From Octopus sinensis (taxonomy: Eukaryota), in the NCBI RefSeq assembly GCF_006345805.1, contig NC_042998.1, positions 100,502,001-100,566,000 on the forward strand: DNA of 64,000 bases. The letters are read 5' to 3'. Of the stretch, positions 1 through 14,182 are shown one piece after another. Both the position numbers and the translations under genes were made by a program. Position 1 is the first letter of the stretch. Each line of letters starts with the position of its first letter. The notes under the pieces were generated by a model. That model saw only the letters and a list, made by a program, of their open reading frames with translations, was not told the DNA's origin and made no database searches.

Positions 1-401
1 TAAATAAAGATTCTGTCATGCACTGATAAAACAGAACATTTGGTAACAGATACTGAATTTATTCTTCTCAGTAATATATGTTTGTTAAACTTTAGTATGA
101 CACACATGACAAATAAAAACTGACTTTCCCATCATTATATATGTAATGTCATTAAGGTGCTGGTCTAATGACTACATGGTCATGAGCATTGTATTTTGTC
201 CCCTGAGTAAGGTAAAATAAACCCTGCTTGCTCTATGCTTGCTTGGCTGATAATTCCAACTTCACAGTTGAGTGGCCAGCAGCTGGAAAATATAAAAATA
301 AAATCATTCCACTGATACTATCATCTATTTTCATTTTGTTAAATGAGCTATTTTTAACATAATGCATATTTATTAAAATGATAGGATATTAGAAAGGGTT
401 T

Positions 402-790
402 AGGAGAGGCTGTGTGGTAAGTAGCTTGCTTACCAGCCACATGGTTCCGGGTTCAGTCCCACAGCATTACACCTTGGGCAAGTGTCTATTACTATAGCCT
501 CAGGCCAACCAAAGCCTTGTGAGTGGATTTGATAGATGGAAACTCAAAGAAGCCCGTCATATACATGTATATATGTGTGTGTATGTGTATGTTTGTGTGT
601 CTGTGTTTGTCCCCCTAGCATTGCTTGACAACTGATGCTGGTGTGTTTATGTCCCCGTCACTTAGTGGTTCGGCAAAAGAGACTGATAAAATAAGTACTG
701 GGCTTACATAGAATAAGTCCCAGGGTCAATTTGCTCGACTAAAGGCTCCAGCATGGCCGCAGTCAAATGACTGAAACAAATAAAAGAAAG
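402..790 (+). mobile_element. tRNA-derived CORE-type SINE (octopus OR-like), full length
   Basis: Head with A-box-like GGCTGTGTGG and B-box-like GGTTCAGTCCC, CORE-like CCTTGGGCAAGTG, internal (TA/TG)n, 3' part ending CAAATGACTGAAACAAATAAAAG; many homologous copies in the window. Confidence 0.85.
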
Positions 791-1139
791 TAAAGAGAGT
801 TATGGTTATATGTTCAAGATTATATATAGAGATGTGAGAGCATTGTATCTATATGAGGACATTATATTTATTTTGTGGTTAAATGGAAGGAATACACTGC
901 AAATATGACCAAAAGACAAGAGAAGAAAAGGTTATTTTTTCTCAGTTACTCAGACAGTAATTCACTTCATGTCAGTAAAATATTAAATAAATTTTTAAAA
1001 ATAAATTTTGTGTCTGGTCAAAAACAAATTACTTGTTTAAAAGAGACAAGGCTAATGAACAGATACTAAAAAATATACCAATTAATTATAGATCATCATT
1101 GTGACCATTTTTTCGTGCTGTGTAAGATGAATGGATCTG

Positions 1140-1500
1140 AAGTATAAAAGATTTCTACCCACCTTCCTGTATTATCTCATCTGTGAGTTACAGTGTCCTA
1201 AGAGCTGATCTCACACTTCATATCTTTCTCTATCAATGGCTACATTCCACTGTTACTACATAGCAAGTGTTGTCCATTTATATTATGTCTATACTATTAT
1301 AACTACACTTCTATACATTACCCAATACCTTTACTGCCAATCTTTTTTTCATATCATTTGCACATCATCTTTACACATGTTGACACAAGGCATCCAGTAA
1401 AACATTTTTCTGTAGCTATCACAAGTCTTCTGAATCCATTGTCCCTTTCTTCCTACCATGTAGTATTACACCTCTTACACATGCTTCATCCCATCTACTT
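1140..1500 (-). pseudogene. Degenerate RTE-clade LINE 3' ORF fragment
   Basis: Minus strand reads ACVRGVILHG (cf. RTE post-RT motif ACVRSxxLYGSETW), followed by a decayed, frameshifted C-terminal region. Confidence 0.55.
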
Positions 1501-3385
1501 GTTCAACAAATGCAAATTTTGCTTCTCAGAAAATTTACATTCAATTGACTAAACTTGTCAACAACTTAAACAAGAAACATTAATTTCTAAATGAGAAGAT
1601 GAAAATAATTTACACCTGATATATTTAAAAACAATTATTTTCCTCACCAAAAATGACTGACTAATTCCCAACCTCATTTGATCAAGAGTTACATGATACA
1701 TAAGTGACATACATTACAACAAACCTACATCCAGCTATTACACTAAAACTGATTCTTCTTCAGAGCATAAAACTTGCAGTATGATATCACAATACTAAAT
1801 CATATGCCCACAAAAGTTATTTTTATTTGATTCTTATAAATAAGTCAATATATATCATACTTAAGTAGTAGAGGACTGATAGTATGACATATAAGTGTGC
1901 TTAGGAGTGGTGATATAGCTGGAACATTCTGAACAAATAGGAATGATAAATAAATCAAAACAATAGTATCTTTTCTTACTTCTTCAATACACCCAACAAA
2001 GTAATGTTATACATCGCAAACTAGTCAGCTTTATTTGATTGCCCAGTGAAAAGTATATGTACTATATACAAGCTTAGAGTACAAATTTTTGTACTGTACA
2101 CAAGTTTGTGAGACAGGGTATATGTTTAAATATATTCAAAATTTAATAACAGCTCAGATCACTGAATGTTCGACATGGTATTAAAACAATTTAAAATTTG
2201 AATACCAGCACAATTATACTATCACAGTTCAAGAAAACAGATGTTCATATAAAGCCACCAAATGTTCGTCTGTCTAAAGCTCTTAGTTACTTAAGGCTAT
2301 AACTTTGTGACAGTACCACCATCTTTCGATGGTCAGCTTAGTTTCTCTCATGTGGTTTTGTTATTGTAATCCCTTTGATTATTCTAATCACTTATGTACT
2401 AGATTATCATATAAACCCAATAAGTAAATGATTATAAATGCCTCAGTTAGCAGCAAGAAGCTCGAAAAGGTCAATTCTTGGTACTGGTTTCATGATTGAG
2501 AGTATTACTCAATTGAATGCAGATAATATTCATAGATGATCTATTGTTTCTCCTAAAACAGACAGGTAAACTAAAATGAAATAATCCCAAGTAGATGACT
2601 AAATGTACTGATAAAAAAGAAAATTTTATAATTGTCAAAGACTGAACTTATTTGTCTCAGTAATAATATCTATTAGTTGAGCTTCCATATGACACACAGT
2701 ACAAACAAAAACTGACTTTTCCATCATTATATAAGTAATGTGGTTAAGGTACCCTACTACTGACTACATGGTCATGAACACAGCTAGTGTATCAAAACTC
2801 TGCTACATTATTTACAAAAGGTTAGCTAAAGGAAATAATTAAAGTGGGGCAAAGGTTTGTATTTAGGTAATTCAGGTAGGTGGTGACATACTGAATGATG
2901 CACACAAAACATTCTCAGTGAACTGATATTTACATTTTAGCTAGAAAAAGATAAAAACTAGGGGCAACTGTTAACATCTCTCAAAATTGAATTTTTTGTG
3001 CTTAAAGGAGGAAAAAAACCCTTCACCTTTCTTAGTGAGCAAAGTGGCACCTACAGGTATGTTTTCAGTCTCACTAGACGTCATTGACTGACAATTCCAA
3101 TATTGTACAACCAAATGCCTTGAGTAGATTTAAACTTAAAGGTCTTTAAACTGACCATTTTACTTTTATAATTAGTTACTGGAGATTTCTCTAACTACAC
3201 CAATATTTCTTAACCCTTTTGCATCCATGTCTCTAATCTGAAAAGATCACTTGCTCACCAAACAAGAACCCTGTTATTAAAATAAGTGCTATACTATCAC
3301 AATAAATTCAGTTGTCTATTACAAAATGTCAAACATCAAGAACATGCCTAGTTAAAGGGATTATTTCTCCCTTTTTACAGTTCAA

Positions 3386-3571
3386 TCATTTTGATACCAA
3401 CTTCTTGTTTTAAAGTGATCTAAATTAAAACCTACCATTAAAATTTTATGTTAATTTGTTCCAAACACCAGCTTAATAATGACAAAATTATTTCACTAAA
3501 TTCTTCATTATTTTCAAAATTAATGGAAACAAAAACACTGTATTTCAACAGAAATAAGATTAACAAAAGGG
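3386..3571. mobile_element. piggyBac-type MITE, family A (decayed left end)
   Basis: Right end AACAAAAGGG|TTAA; interior homologous to 18083-18302 and 47330-48064. Confidence 0.7.
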
Positions 3572-3660
3572 TTAATCACTTCCCACACTAAATCCCACCT
3601 TTAAATTTCACTCTATATCTTAATGAGTGAAGTGTTTTTCATTGGATATATTGTATTTAA

Positions 3661-3881
3661 CCTTTTAGCATTTAAACCGACCATATTCATCCCAAATATT
3701 TTACCTTAATTTATGTTCAAACCAGCCGGATGCAACTTCTCACATCAACCTGACAGTGTCATTCTAAAAGTCAACAATCACATCATGGAAATCTCAGAGC
3801 TATGAGATAATGCAATATTATTTCAAAATAATGTGAATAAATAAGTATTGCATTTGACAGAATAATGTGAATACTAAAGGG
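3661..3881. mobile_element. piggyBac-type MITE, family B
   Basis: TTAA|CCTTTTAGCATT ... AATACTAAAGGG|TTAA: terminal inverted repeats with TTAA on both sides. Confidence 0.8.
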
Positions 3882-4211
3882 TTAAAGTTAATGCCCTTCC
3901 TACTGCTAACAGCCTGAATCAAGCAGGACTAGATTGTATTAATCAAAAGATGTAAAGAAAACAATCTTTGGCCAAGGGCACAAATGACTACAATAACGTT
4001 TGAACTCCTATACTCACTTAGCTTAAAGGGACTAAGCAAATGAAAAAGAAGTAAAATTTAATTCCTTTGAGTAACTTCAGCATCAATTGCTTACATTCTG
4101 AATCTAACATATTTTCTTACTTTACAGATATGTTAATTTCTCTATTAAAAAAATCTGTTAAAGCAAATTTGATTTACCTGCGACAATAACCTGTTCAACA
4201 AAATAAAGAAT

Positions 4212-4385
4212 ACTGGTTTCAAAATTTTGGCAAAAAGTCAGTAATTTGAGGGGTAGGGGTTAAACAAAAGGATAAAAGGCAAAGTTGGTCCCAGCAGAAT
4301 TCAAACTCAAAACATAAAGATGGACAAAATGCTGTTAGGTATTTTGCCCAGTATCCTAAGGATTCTGCCAGTTTGCTGCCTCAAC
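4212..4385 (-). mobile_element. tRNA-head SINE with Meta-like domain, internally deleted
   Basis: Homologous to the copies at 19.5-20.8 kb (GGATAAAAGGCAAAGTTG...GAATTCAAACTCA...GATTCTGCCAG). Confidence 0.65.
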
Positions 4386-4919
4386 AAAGTAAAGAATATT
4401 GAAATCTAGTAAACAAAAGTTGAGACGAATCTAATTTTCTTTATTTAAAATCATTAAAATTAAAAAAAACAACAACACAAACAGAAATAGCAGTGATTAA
4501 AAATTTAAGCATTTTATATTAGAATAAAGTGACAAATTTGATGAGAACAATTTTCATTCAATTTTTTTTTTTTTGAGAAATGCTGCACATAAGTAACAAA
4601 GCTGTTAGTTTGTGTTCCAATAATTTTAAAAATTTCACCAAGTGTTAAATATGTAGCCCTATTTTTTATTTATTTAATTATAATAAAAACCTAAATAAAT
4701 AGAAGCTACATTGAAATTCATCATCATCACCATTTAACATCCGTTTTCCATGATGGCTTGGATTGGAAAATTATTTTTATATTTATGAATATAAATGGAA
4801 AAAAACTAGTATTATTTTTACTGGAAAAAAATTCAATAAATACCAAAATAATATAAAAATTTTTTTCTTTTTTTATGAAAAAGTAAAGCTTACACAATTA
4901 GTGTTCAGTTCAAACTAGT

Positions 4920-5800
4920 AAAGATGGGTGACTGGTAAGAAAAACATAGACAAAGTGGGAAATTTCAGTTAAAACTCAGAACAGAGGCTATTGTAATAGA
5001 AATAGAAGAGATAGACAGAAAACTGTCTGTGAGCTGGTGGATATAATGTGCTGGTCAGTTAGTCTTTGTCAAATAACCAGAAGGATAGTATCATTTTTAT
5101 AGGAGTGTTTTATGTTTAGAAGTAACATTAAGTAGAGTAAAGGGCTAATATATATGTATAGAGAACGAAACCTTTGGTGTACATCAGAGTTGATAGGATC
5201 TGGCCTGGAAAGAGCCTTGCATGCTGCAATGGGATGGTCTGACAGGAGACTTCCAATCCAAAAGACAGAAACAAATTGGCCACATAGAAGACCAACTTAG
5301 CTAGGAAGTTCTCATACCACCTATGGTTAAAAGTTTTACAAATGTCAAGTGCAGTAACATTTCTTTCACACAAGTTTTCAAAGGTAAAAGACACTCGCAT
5401 GAAAGATTAAGAAAGGCTAAGCTACACTGAAATTGTACCAAATGGTACCAACGAGAAAAGAGATACTTAAAGCAACAAAGTAGGTGATTGTTAACTGTTC
5501 CCATAATCTTTGAGAGTTAAAAATAAGACTGGGGAGGGGGGATCATAGAACTGGTGATTCTTGGAAATGGGACACAAACATAGATCTGTGTATGGAAATA
5601 TTACAGGTTTCTATTGATAGAAACACATAGAGAAAGATTGATCTATGTAGAGAAAGACTTAAGAGTTCATTGAGAATAAAAGAGAGCTCCTGAATACACC
5701 ATTTGAGATTAATAAGAGATAATGCTATCAGAATTAGTCTCTCCATTGTGATGAAGAGATCAAAAAGGTTTTCAGATTTGGCAGTATGGAGAACTTTATT
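4920..5800 (-). pseudogene. Degenerate CR1/Jockey-group LINE reverse transcriptase fragment
   Basis: ORF 5128-5400 contains ALDICKTFNHRWYENFLAKL (cf. RT motif ALDISKAFDRVWHxxLLxKL); upstream LSKIMGTVNNHLL resembles SKVMExIINxxL; stops and frameshifts; boundaries approximate. Confidence 0.7.
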
Positions 5801-8800
5801 GTACAGTCAGATGTAATAGAATGTTTACAAAATGAAATTATTTGAATGTCATATATACCAATTATGGTATTAAAAAAGCCCATTAATAACATCTTTAAAG
5901 AATTCTTTATTCCTCATGTCAAGAGAAAGTTTTTTGAAGACTTTCTTGAACATTACTCCAGTGATCTTGTTAAAATCTATTTTGAAATTCAATTTTATAT
6001 AATATTTAATATCTTGATACACAACATTTTAAAATACTACTAAGGCATTATACAGCTGGAAACCAAAAGTATAATTCCTAAAAGCTATTAATCTGCTTCT
6101 ACTTTACTGACCATCTACTTCAATTAGTTATAACTGTTTTGGTTATCTTCTTTCTAGAGTTCTATGTTTGTTAATTGAAAAAGAAAAATCTTTACTGAAT
6201 ATAAAATATGCTACAAGTCTAAAGCCACTGGAGTAATGGTGCCACAATTTATATAAATAAATATGGTAGTTATTGTTATTGCTGTTTAATTGGCTAAGCA
6301 GACTTATGATCAAAGATGTCTCTACCATGACCATCCTGTCTTGTTCTTAATTTCCAATGTTTCTCTAATCTCATCTCCCTCAGCATGACACGTTACAGAT
6401 ATTATTTGTCAATTTTGCTAAATAAATTTAAAATCTCACAATACCGTTGATTGCTGTCCATGACATCACTGGGTGTTAATCTGATTACGAATCACTGCCA
6501 CACTATATCTAAGAAATATTCTTTAATGTTTCTCCTTCCTTTTTCTTTATCAAAATGGTAGGGCATGATATGATGGATTTTATTACCATTTCTAACAGAG
6601 CAAACAACCACATGGAGCACACATTGATGTATACTGTTCAAGCACTTTTGTCATCTTAAGCAGATATTCTTGGTAGAACAGATTTTTCTGTACTCGGAAG
6701 GCCAGTTGTGTTGCAAAACTACAATGGATAGTAATAATCAAGTTTGCTAGTTGTTATTGCTTTTGTTGTTAGGCTCCAGGTCAACTGTGACACAGCAGAC
6801 CTATAATCAAAGGTGTACCAGTCACAACTATTCCATCTTTGTTTCAGACAATATATATCTATGAATATATTATCTAATAAGTCCATTTTTTAAGATGGTA
6901 GAACGTGATACGATGCTGATTTGACTACTATTTCTATCCAATCGAGTGACTATTTTTAGTGGTGAATATCGGTTATTTTGGAGGTGATAATTGTTCATAT
7001 GCCTCTTCCAGTAACAATCAGAAAATTAATTAAATGGCTCTGAGCAGAGTAAAAATAAAGGGGGGGGGGTATTTTAGTGCCATTATTCTATGACTATTAA
7101 TGATTTCTTATGGAGGCAAAAGACAACAGATTTATAGGATAATGGAAAATTGAGATTACAATATATTCATTATAACCTCAGAGACATGATTTGAAATGGC
7201 TACAATCAGGTGGTAGAATTATCCCACTGAGAACTTACCTTTACCTGATTCCAATAATATTTGATCAGTAACCTTAGTCCATGACACAACAATTTAGCAG
7301 TTATTATAGTTTGATGCTATTGCTTTAGGAACAAGAATGTAAATAAATTTACTTTTGAACGAAATACTATACTAAAAACAATGGAAAGTACTGAAAAGTT
7401 TCAATTACAGTAGCTGCATATTTTATTGAAGATTTACATAGAAACATTAGCTTACTCTTACTTCCAAAATAGAGATAATTCTTTTGTTTTTAAAAAAAAA
7501 AAAAAGATCTGATATAAGCCAGACTAGGCAACTGAGCAATCTTTCAAATACTTCTCTTATATTATTTAATTCTATGTCAACATAAACTTTATGATCATTA
7601 GGTCCACAATTCTAAATTATCCAATTTCTCCATGAACTGATTGCCCACTAGAACATGTCTTCCAAACTAATTTGGCCACCATTAGAACAAATTTCACTGT
7701 AGAAAATGCCAAACAAGTCATTCTTCCCCACCCGGTTTCTTATTTCTGAAAAATATTCAGAGATAAGTATATAAAAAAACTATGGAAGATTTCCAGAGAC
7801 AGAAAACAAAAATATTGTTTAATGCCAAAGTTAGTTCTTAGCTTCCATAGCTGGCACAAAATGTTCTGCTAATATAGCTTACTTTAGCCAGGATATAGTG
7901 TATGTAATATTTATTTTATTGCTATACTAGTCAATGTTTACATATGCCAAAATGCAAAAATCAAATGAAAATGTAGTAGATACAGAAATGATAATAGAAC
8001 TGTTAATTAAATGCCTTAATGAAGCAAGTAACTCCAAAAACAGGACCAAGAAAAATTTGGTCACATTGGCCATCATATGACCCTAAAAAAAAGTATATAA
8101 TTCATTAGAGGTTCTACAAAAAGCACATCTAGCATGGGACAAAATATTCTATGGTGACTGTGCCTAGTGAAAGCAATTTAAATGTTTTAACAAAGAATAA
8201 AACTTATTGCTGAAAAATTAAATTCTTGTATTGTTCTGAACATCTACGATGCTCAACTAACCAGCATAGTCATCAGGCTACTATAAAATCTTTAAATTGC
8301 TTTAAATAAATCTTATGTTTTTAGGACTAATGTAAAGTTTTCTCTTTTAATCACAAATATTAAGATTTTTCCATAAAAGTTTCTACAAGCACTTTTAAAT
8401 TTAAGGTATTAAATTCTTTTACTGGTTTGCATTATTGGTCTATGGTCTTACTGAGTAACTGTCTTTGAGGGTTTTAATCAGTCATACCAAAACCAGTAAG
8501 TTACAGCACATAAATAGACACAATGCAAAAAAAAATATATATATATATATATAACTCCAAGAAAGTTAGGGATTGTGAATCCAACCCACTAAGGGATAAC
8601 ATCTATCCAATATACTGCTGGTAGAATACCCAATTATTAATACACAAGTGTTTTTTATTGCATTGCAATTACATTACCTAGTATATTAAATGGGTGAAGG
8701 TAAAGAGATATTTTACCATTAATTTATATCGCAAGTATGTATGTATATAATCATCATTTAACATCCATTTTCCATGCTGGCATGGGTTAGACGGTCTGAC

Positions 8801-8933
8801 AGGAGCTGGTCAGCTGGAGAGCTGCCCAGGCTCCATGCCTGTTTTGCATAGTTTGTACAGCTAGATGCCCTATACATATATACATACATACATACACACA
8901 CATACATACATATGTGTGTGTGTGTGTGCACGC

Positions 8934-9015
<82 letters not shown>

Positions 9016-9018
<3 letters not shown>

Positions 9019-10296
9019 GGTTTGGCAAGAAAGTAATTTCAGTTTTTTAGTGTGAAATAAAAGTAATTTTTTTTCATACAAAGAATGAACATTAATCAAT
9101 TATATATTTTCTATTTTGTTCGATGACCTTCTGCCATCTTTCTGGCAACTTCATGATTCCGTGCTCATAGAACTTCTGGTCCTTATCAGCGAAAAACTGA
9201 AGCAAGTGTAATTTCAGATCATCATCATTATTGAAAGTTTTACCATTCCGAGAATCTTGCAAACTTCAAAATGAATAGTAATCTCATGGTGCAAGGTCAG
9301 GGCTATATGGTGGATGTGGCATCACTTCCTAATCAAGCTCTAATAACTTTTCACGAGTTAGCAAAGACATGTGTGGTCTAGCATTGTCACGGTGAAACAC
9401 AATTCCTTTATGATTTGCCAGTTTTGGCAGTTTTTCTTTGATTACTTCCTCCAGTTTCATTAGTTGTTGACAGTAAACATCTGAATTGATTGTTTGGTTC
9501 TTTGGAAGCAGCTCAAAATAGAAACACCTTTGTAATCCCACCAAATTGCCAGCATGGTCTTTTTTTGGTTGCAATTCTGCTTTCAATGTATTTTGTAGTG
9601 GTTCATTGCACTTGGACCATGATCATTTTTGATTGATGTTATTGTAGACCATCCATTTTTCCTCACCAGTGATAATTTGTTTCAAATAAAGGTCGATTTC
9701 ATTGCATTTGAGATGCATATTGCAAATACTGATTCATTGTGTTAAGTAAATCTCTTTCAATTTATGTGGAACCTGAATATCAAGCTTCTTAATGTGTTCG
9801 AGACATTTTAAGTGATTTTTAATTGTTGTGTATGATACATTTAACCTCTCTGCATTCTCTTGCACAGTTATATGACCATCAGTTTCAATTATGGCCTTGA
9901 TTTGGTCATTAACTTCAGTAGGTTGACCAGAACGTTGGTCATCTTTGAGTAAAAACTCCCCAGAGCAGAATTTTGTAAACCATTTCTGACATGTGCATTC
10001 TGTTAAGCAATCAACATCATAAATTTCACATATCTCTTTGTGAGCCTCAGCAACTTTCTTGCCTTTATGGAAATAAAAAAGAAAATATGGTGAAAATGTT
10101 CGTTTATACACTCCATGATAAAATTGATATTAAACTAACAGCTTGTAAACAAAACTATGTGCAATTTGCTTCTAAAGTAAGCTAAAAATAACGGCTATCA
10201 AATGTAAGAAGGAAAAAAATCATAACACTGACAAAAGTCATTCAAAAAAATTGTAACTATTTGCAAAAAACAAATTTGCTTTCTTGCCAACTCAAT
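9016..10296 (-). mobile_element. Full-length but inactivated mariner (DD34D) transposon, ~1.28 kb
   Basis: TIRs ATGGTTTGGCAAGAAAGTAATT / AATTTGCTTTCTTGCCAACTCAAT inside TA tracts; transposase remnants inside. Confidence 0.93.
9090..10111 (-). pseudogene. mariner transposase pseudogene
   Basis: HTH region (CQKWFTKFCSGEFLLKDDQRSGQP), QVPHKL (degenerate WVPHEL), FHRDNARPH and PHPPYSPDLAP*DY motifs split over frames with stops. Confidence 0.92.
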
Positions 10297-10654
10297 ATAT
10301 ATATATTAGAGGATATATTAACCTCTTAAGGGGATTTTGGGGAATTAAAATTTCCCTCAATCAATAGATATAATAGGCATATAATCCGTATTCAATTAAT
10401 AGAAGAAAAGAAAATGGAAAGTTGAAAGTTAATAATTATCAGATTGGAGCCTGGTGCAGCCTCCTGGCTTGTCAGTCCTCAGTCAAACTGCCCAACCCAT
10501 GACAGCATGGAAAGCAGATGTTAAACGATGATAATGATGATGATGATGTGGTTTATTATTTTAAAATAATGCTAATTTTCCACACATACCCACTACTCAT
10601 GTACAATATGATGCATTACTTAGTGATTTTTTCTCACAGCTTCAGCAAGTAGAT

Positions 10655-11188
10655 CAGTGGTTCTCAAACTTTACAAAGTTTTTTGGCTGATTTGTAGTCC
10701 CCTATAAAATGCAGGGTAATCAACATGGTAAAAAAAATGACATTTGATAACTGTAATTTCAAGACTATGAACCGTATTACCCATAGATCCGCAACCCCGA
10801 AAACCACAACTTAATCCAGGTAATGCCCCACTGGGAAACAATAAATACACATGAAAATATGGGGAATCAGTTGATCAAATGGTTACAAAACAGATGAAAA
10901 CAAAAAATACACATGCATGATCAACTGTTATACCTGCATATTTTTTATCAGCCAATCACACTTGTTGTACAAGTGTGATTAGCAAATGAGTGAGTAGAAG
11001 TGATGTGGGTTTTTGAGGCCAACGACAAAAAAGGATGATAGCAAGTGAAAAATCCAAAGTCTTGAAATTTTAAAACTTAACTGTCTCAAGCCACTCCATT
11101 TTCACAATACTTCAGCATCCCTTCATGGCCCCCTAAAATCACTTCACAGTCACCTAGGGGACCATGGACCCCAGTTTGAGAACCACTG
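10655..11188. mobile_element. hAT (Charlie-like) non-autonomous element, 534 bp
   Basis: Perfect 16-bp TIR CAGTGGTTCTCAAACT / AGTTTGAGAACCACTG and 8-bp TSD AAGTAGAT (10647-10654, 11189-11196). Confidence 0.93.
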
Positions 11189-12969
11189 AAGTAGATAAGT
11201 TCATGATCCATTGAGGTCTAATAACAATGAAGCATATCCAAAGTTATCTTCTGTAACTACCAAAATGTCATCTTTTCCTCACAGCATAATTTTGATTAGA
11301 TTTTTTTTATGCTTACTATATGCTAACAAAAATTGTATTGTTTTCAACATATTTCCACATCTGAGTAAATTACTTTCCATTAGATTTTTTTGCTTGTTTG
11401 TTTGTTTGTTTTCCAATTTATCTTTAGAATCAAACTACAATGTTAGAATACTTTGTATTACAAATTATTTTAGTTTCAACACAGTACGGAATGGTATATT
11501 GAGCTTCTCATAAATGTCTCACTTTTAATATGGTCTCACAGCTAAAGCAGCTTATATGTTGCTTTGCTTGGCTTTTACAGCTGAAAGAAAATGGATGAAA
11601 ATTCCTGATGGAATGAATTTAAAAGAATGGGTTTTTTGGGGGGAGGGGGGGTTAAAGATGAAAAATGAGGATGAGACAAGCAATGCTATTTTTATAACAC
11701 ATTCATATACCATAACATATATGTATATCATTTATTTTGAAACATAGTAGAATGTTTTGTGATACAGTGTCAGAACAGTATATGGGATGGTACTCTTCAA
11801 ATGCCTTTCTTAACTAAGTGTGACAACTTTACTCCAACTTCTTGATAAGTTCCTCTATGTAGCACTATAGACTTACTTCCAGCCATGACACTTTTGTAAC
11901 CTCTTCCTCCCTACCTTTCACCACATAACAGAGACAACTTTTAAGCAAAGAACTTCAGATCACATCATGTTCCTACCACACACACACACTCACACACAAT
12001 TCAGTAGCTAAAGCCTTCTCCTTCTATATTGATATGGACCACACAAGCCACATTACAGGCTACCTATCTGAGAGAGCAGTGACTCTGAACATAAACTTTT
12101 CCATAGCCAAGGAGATAAGTTCTCTTAGCATGAGACAATCTTTGGAACCAAAATATGCACCAAGTACACTGTGAAAAGTGGTTGTTCATAGGAAGTGCAT
12201 CTAACCACAGAAGACATCAAAATGGAATGTATGAGCAGGACATAAGCTCTGAAAGTTGCATTTTAGGATACCTGTCCAGGAGGACTGTAATTTTCAACAA
12301 GAACAGCTACAGGGAATATGGAACCCTTTAGTCCTCCTCATATGAGACAATCACTCTAGTATTGGTAGCTTGATGAAATATTAAGTCCACACTAACACAT
12401 ACACACAACACCAAATCCGAATAGTTTTCTAAGTTGTTGTTTGCATAAGCTGGGGCAGACTATGACAATCTATCTGACCTATGCCACAATGGAATCACAA
12501 ATGTAAAAAAAAATTATGATAATGATGATGATGATACTGGTTGTTATTATGTCCTGTTTAGAGAAAAGAAAAAATACAGTTAGTAAATTCCCATATAAAT
12601 GAAAGGGTTATGAGTTTGATTTTCTATTTCATGGTCAAGAGCTCAAATTCTTCTTGCTATAATAATAGTGTGGCATCTCTAATTACGGCTTCAGGTTTAA
12701 AGCTGACCTGGAGTAGAGAGGGCATATCATTAAAGTGGTCACAAATGGCAATAAACGGACTCTGGCAAAAACAACTGACTGACTGATTAACCAAATGATT
12801 AATCATTCAATTGGTTGATTGGTTAAATAGTTAACCAACTAATGAATGATAAAGAAGTGAAATTAAACACTGTGTGTTTATTATTGGCACAGTGACCCTC
12901 TTGAGATATGTCAAAATCTATTTCAACTCACAAGTTTATATCAAGAATCTTGCAAACTGATTATAAAAA

Positions 12970-13137
12970 CAAAACCAACATATGTTCTAAATTAAACCTC
13001 TCAAAATTTCATGTTAATTTATGTTCTAAACACTAGCTTGATAATGAAAATTGTTTTACAAAATACTTCATTATTTTCAAAATTAATTGAAACAAAGACT
13101 GTATACTTCAATAGAAATATGGTAACAAAAAGGTTAC
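12970..13137. mobile_element. piggyBac-type MITE family A, partial
   Basis: Homologous to the right half of 47330-48064 (…AAATATGGTAACAAAAAGGTTA). Confidence 0.6.
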
Positions 13138-14114
13138 TGTATTGGCCTGATGGAAACAAGCCTCGTGACTGAGCGGTTGACAAGAAACAGAATTCAACAA
13201 CAGTAACATTTTTTTAATGGCTTAGTCAGAGTAGGAAACTATGACTCATTGGTTATCCTCAGACTGGAGACCTGGTTCAGATGCTTGCAACAAAGCGAAT
13301 TCCACAACAATACTCACAAAGCCAGACAGTGGTGTTAAAACCAAGCAATAAGTTAAATCTATCTCCTGAGTAAAGGAACTAGGCCATTTGACAGGATTCT
13401 GCACAACATAACAAATTTTACTTCCAAGGTTTGAGTTGACCCAAGGCTATTATAAAAGACACTTAGTTGAAGAACCACATAATGAAATCAAACCTGAGAC
13501 AATGGTTGCAAACTTCTAAACCAATCATGCAATAATACTGAATTTGAAATCATGTCATCTCAAGTAAACTTCCCCACCATATGGCTATGTGTGCATCCAA
13601 TTGCCCTAAAATAAATATGTAAACAACAAAATATTTAAAACTTTAACTACAACAATGACGTCTTAAGACTAGGCAAAAAGCCAGTTCTGCCAAACAAATA
13701 TACAAGAATTTCTTTGAAAAAGCAACATTAGAAAACATATGGCATGTGTAGTTGAATATTTTTACTTTGTATGAGGAACCAAGAGAATAGCAACAGAATC
13801 AAGTTAGTGGACTTCACTTAAAAATACAAAAGTGTTATGAACATCAGTCAAAATTACAGATGAATACAGAAGTGATCAGAAAAAGAAACACTTGCAATTT
13901 TCAATTGGCTTTTAGCCAAAAATAAGGATAATATGAAGAGAATAAAACTTTAATCCAAATAAGTTATTTCTATACAGAAATGACATAAATCAAACTTCAT
14001 GGTAATTTTGTAAAAATATTTTCAAAGCATACAGAGAAATCAGTTTAAAACAACTAAATATGAAAAATAATCCCTGATAATATCAATGTTATCATGAAGT
14101 AAAAATCTCCTCAC

Positions 14115-14182
14115 TTCAATTTTTCTGTCTCTTGCCAGAAACATTTGATGCCTTTAGTTCCCGGTTGTTTTTCTTGGCTCAT
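14115..14182 (-). CDS. Tentative first coding segment of an unknown minus-strand gene (MSQEKQPGTKGIKCFWQETEKL, phase-2 donor), in candidate exon 14115-14257
   Basis: Acceptor TTGTTTGTTTGCAG| at 14258, AAAATG start preceded by an in-frame stop, donor |GTGAGG at 14114, apparently non-repetitive sequence; no homology recognised. Confidence 0.3.

Noticed and set aside
402-470. tRNA gene
   Set aside because: A/B-box-like head continues directly into the SINE body; no complete cloverleaf evident
7240-7317. Minus-strand exon HQTIITAKLLCHGLRLLIKYYWNQVK with AAG|GTAAGT donor
   Set aside because: Phase incompatible with the 14115 donor and no recognisable homology; may be chance
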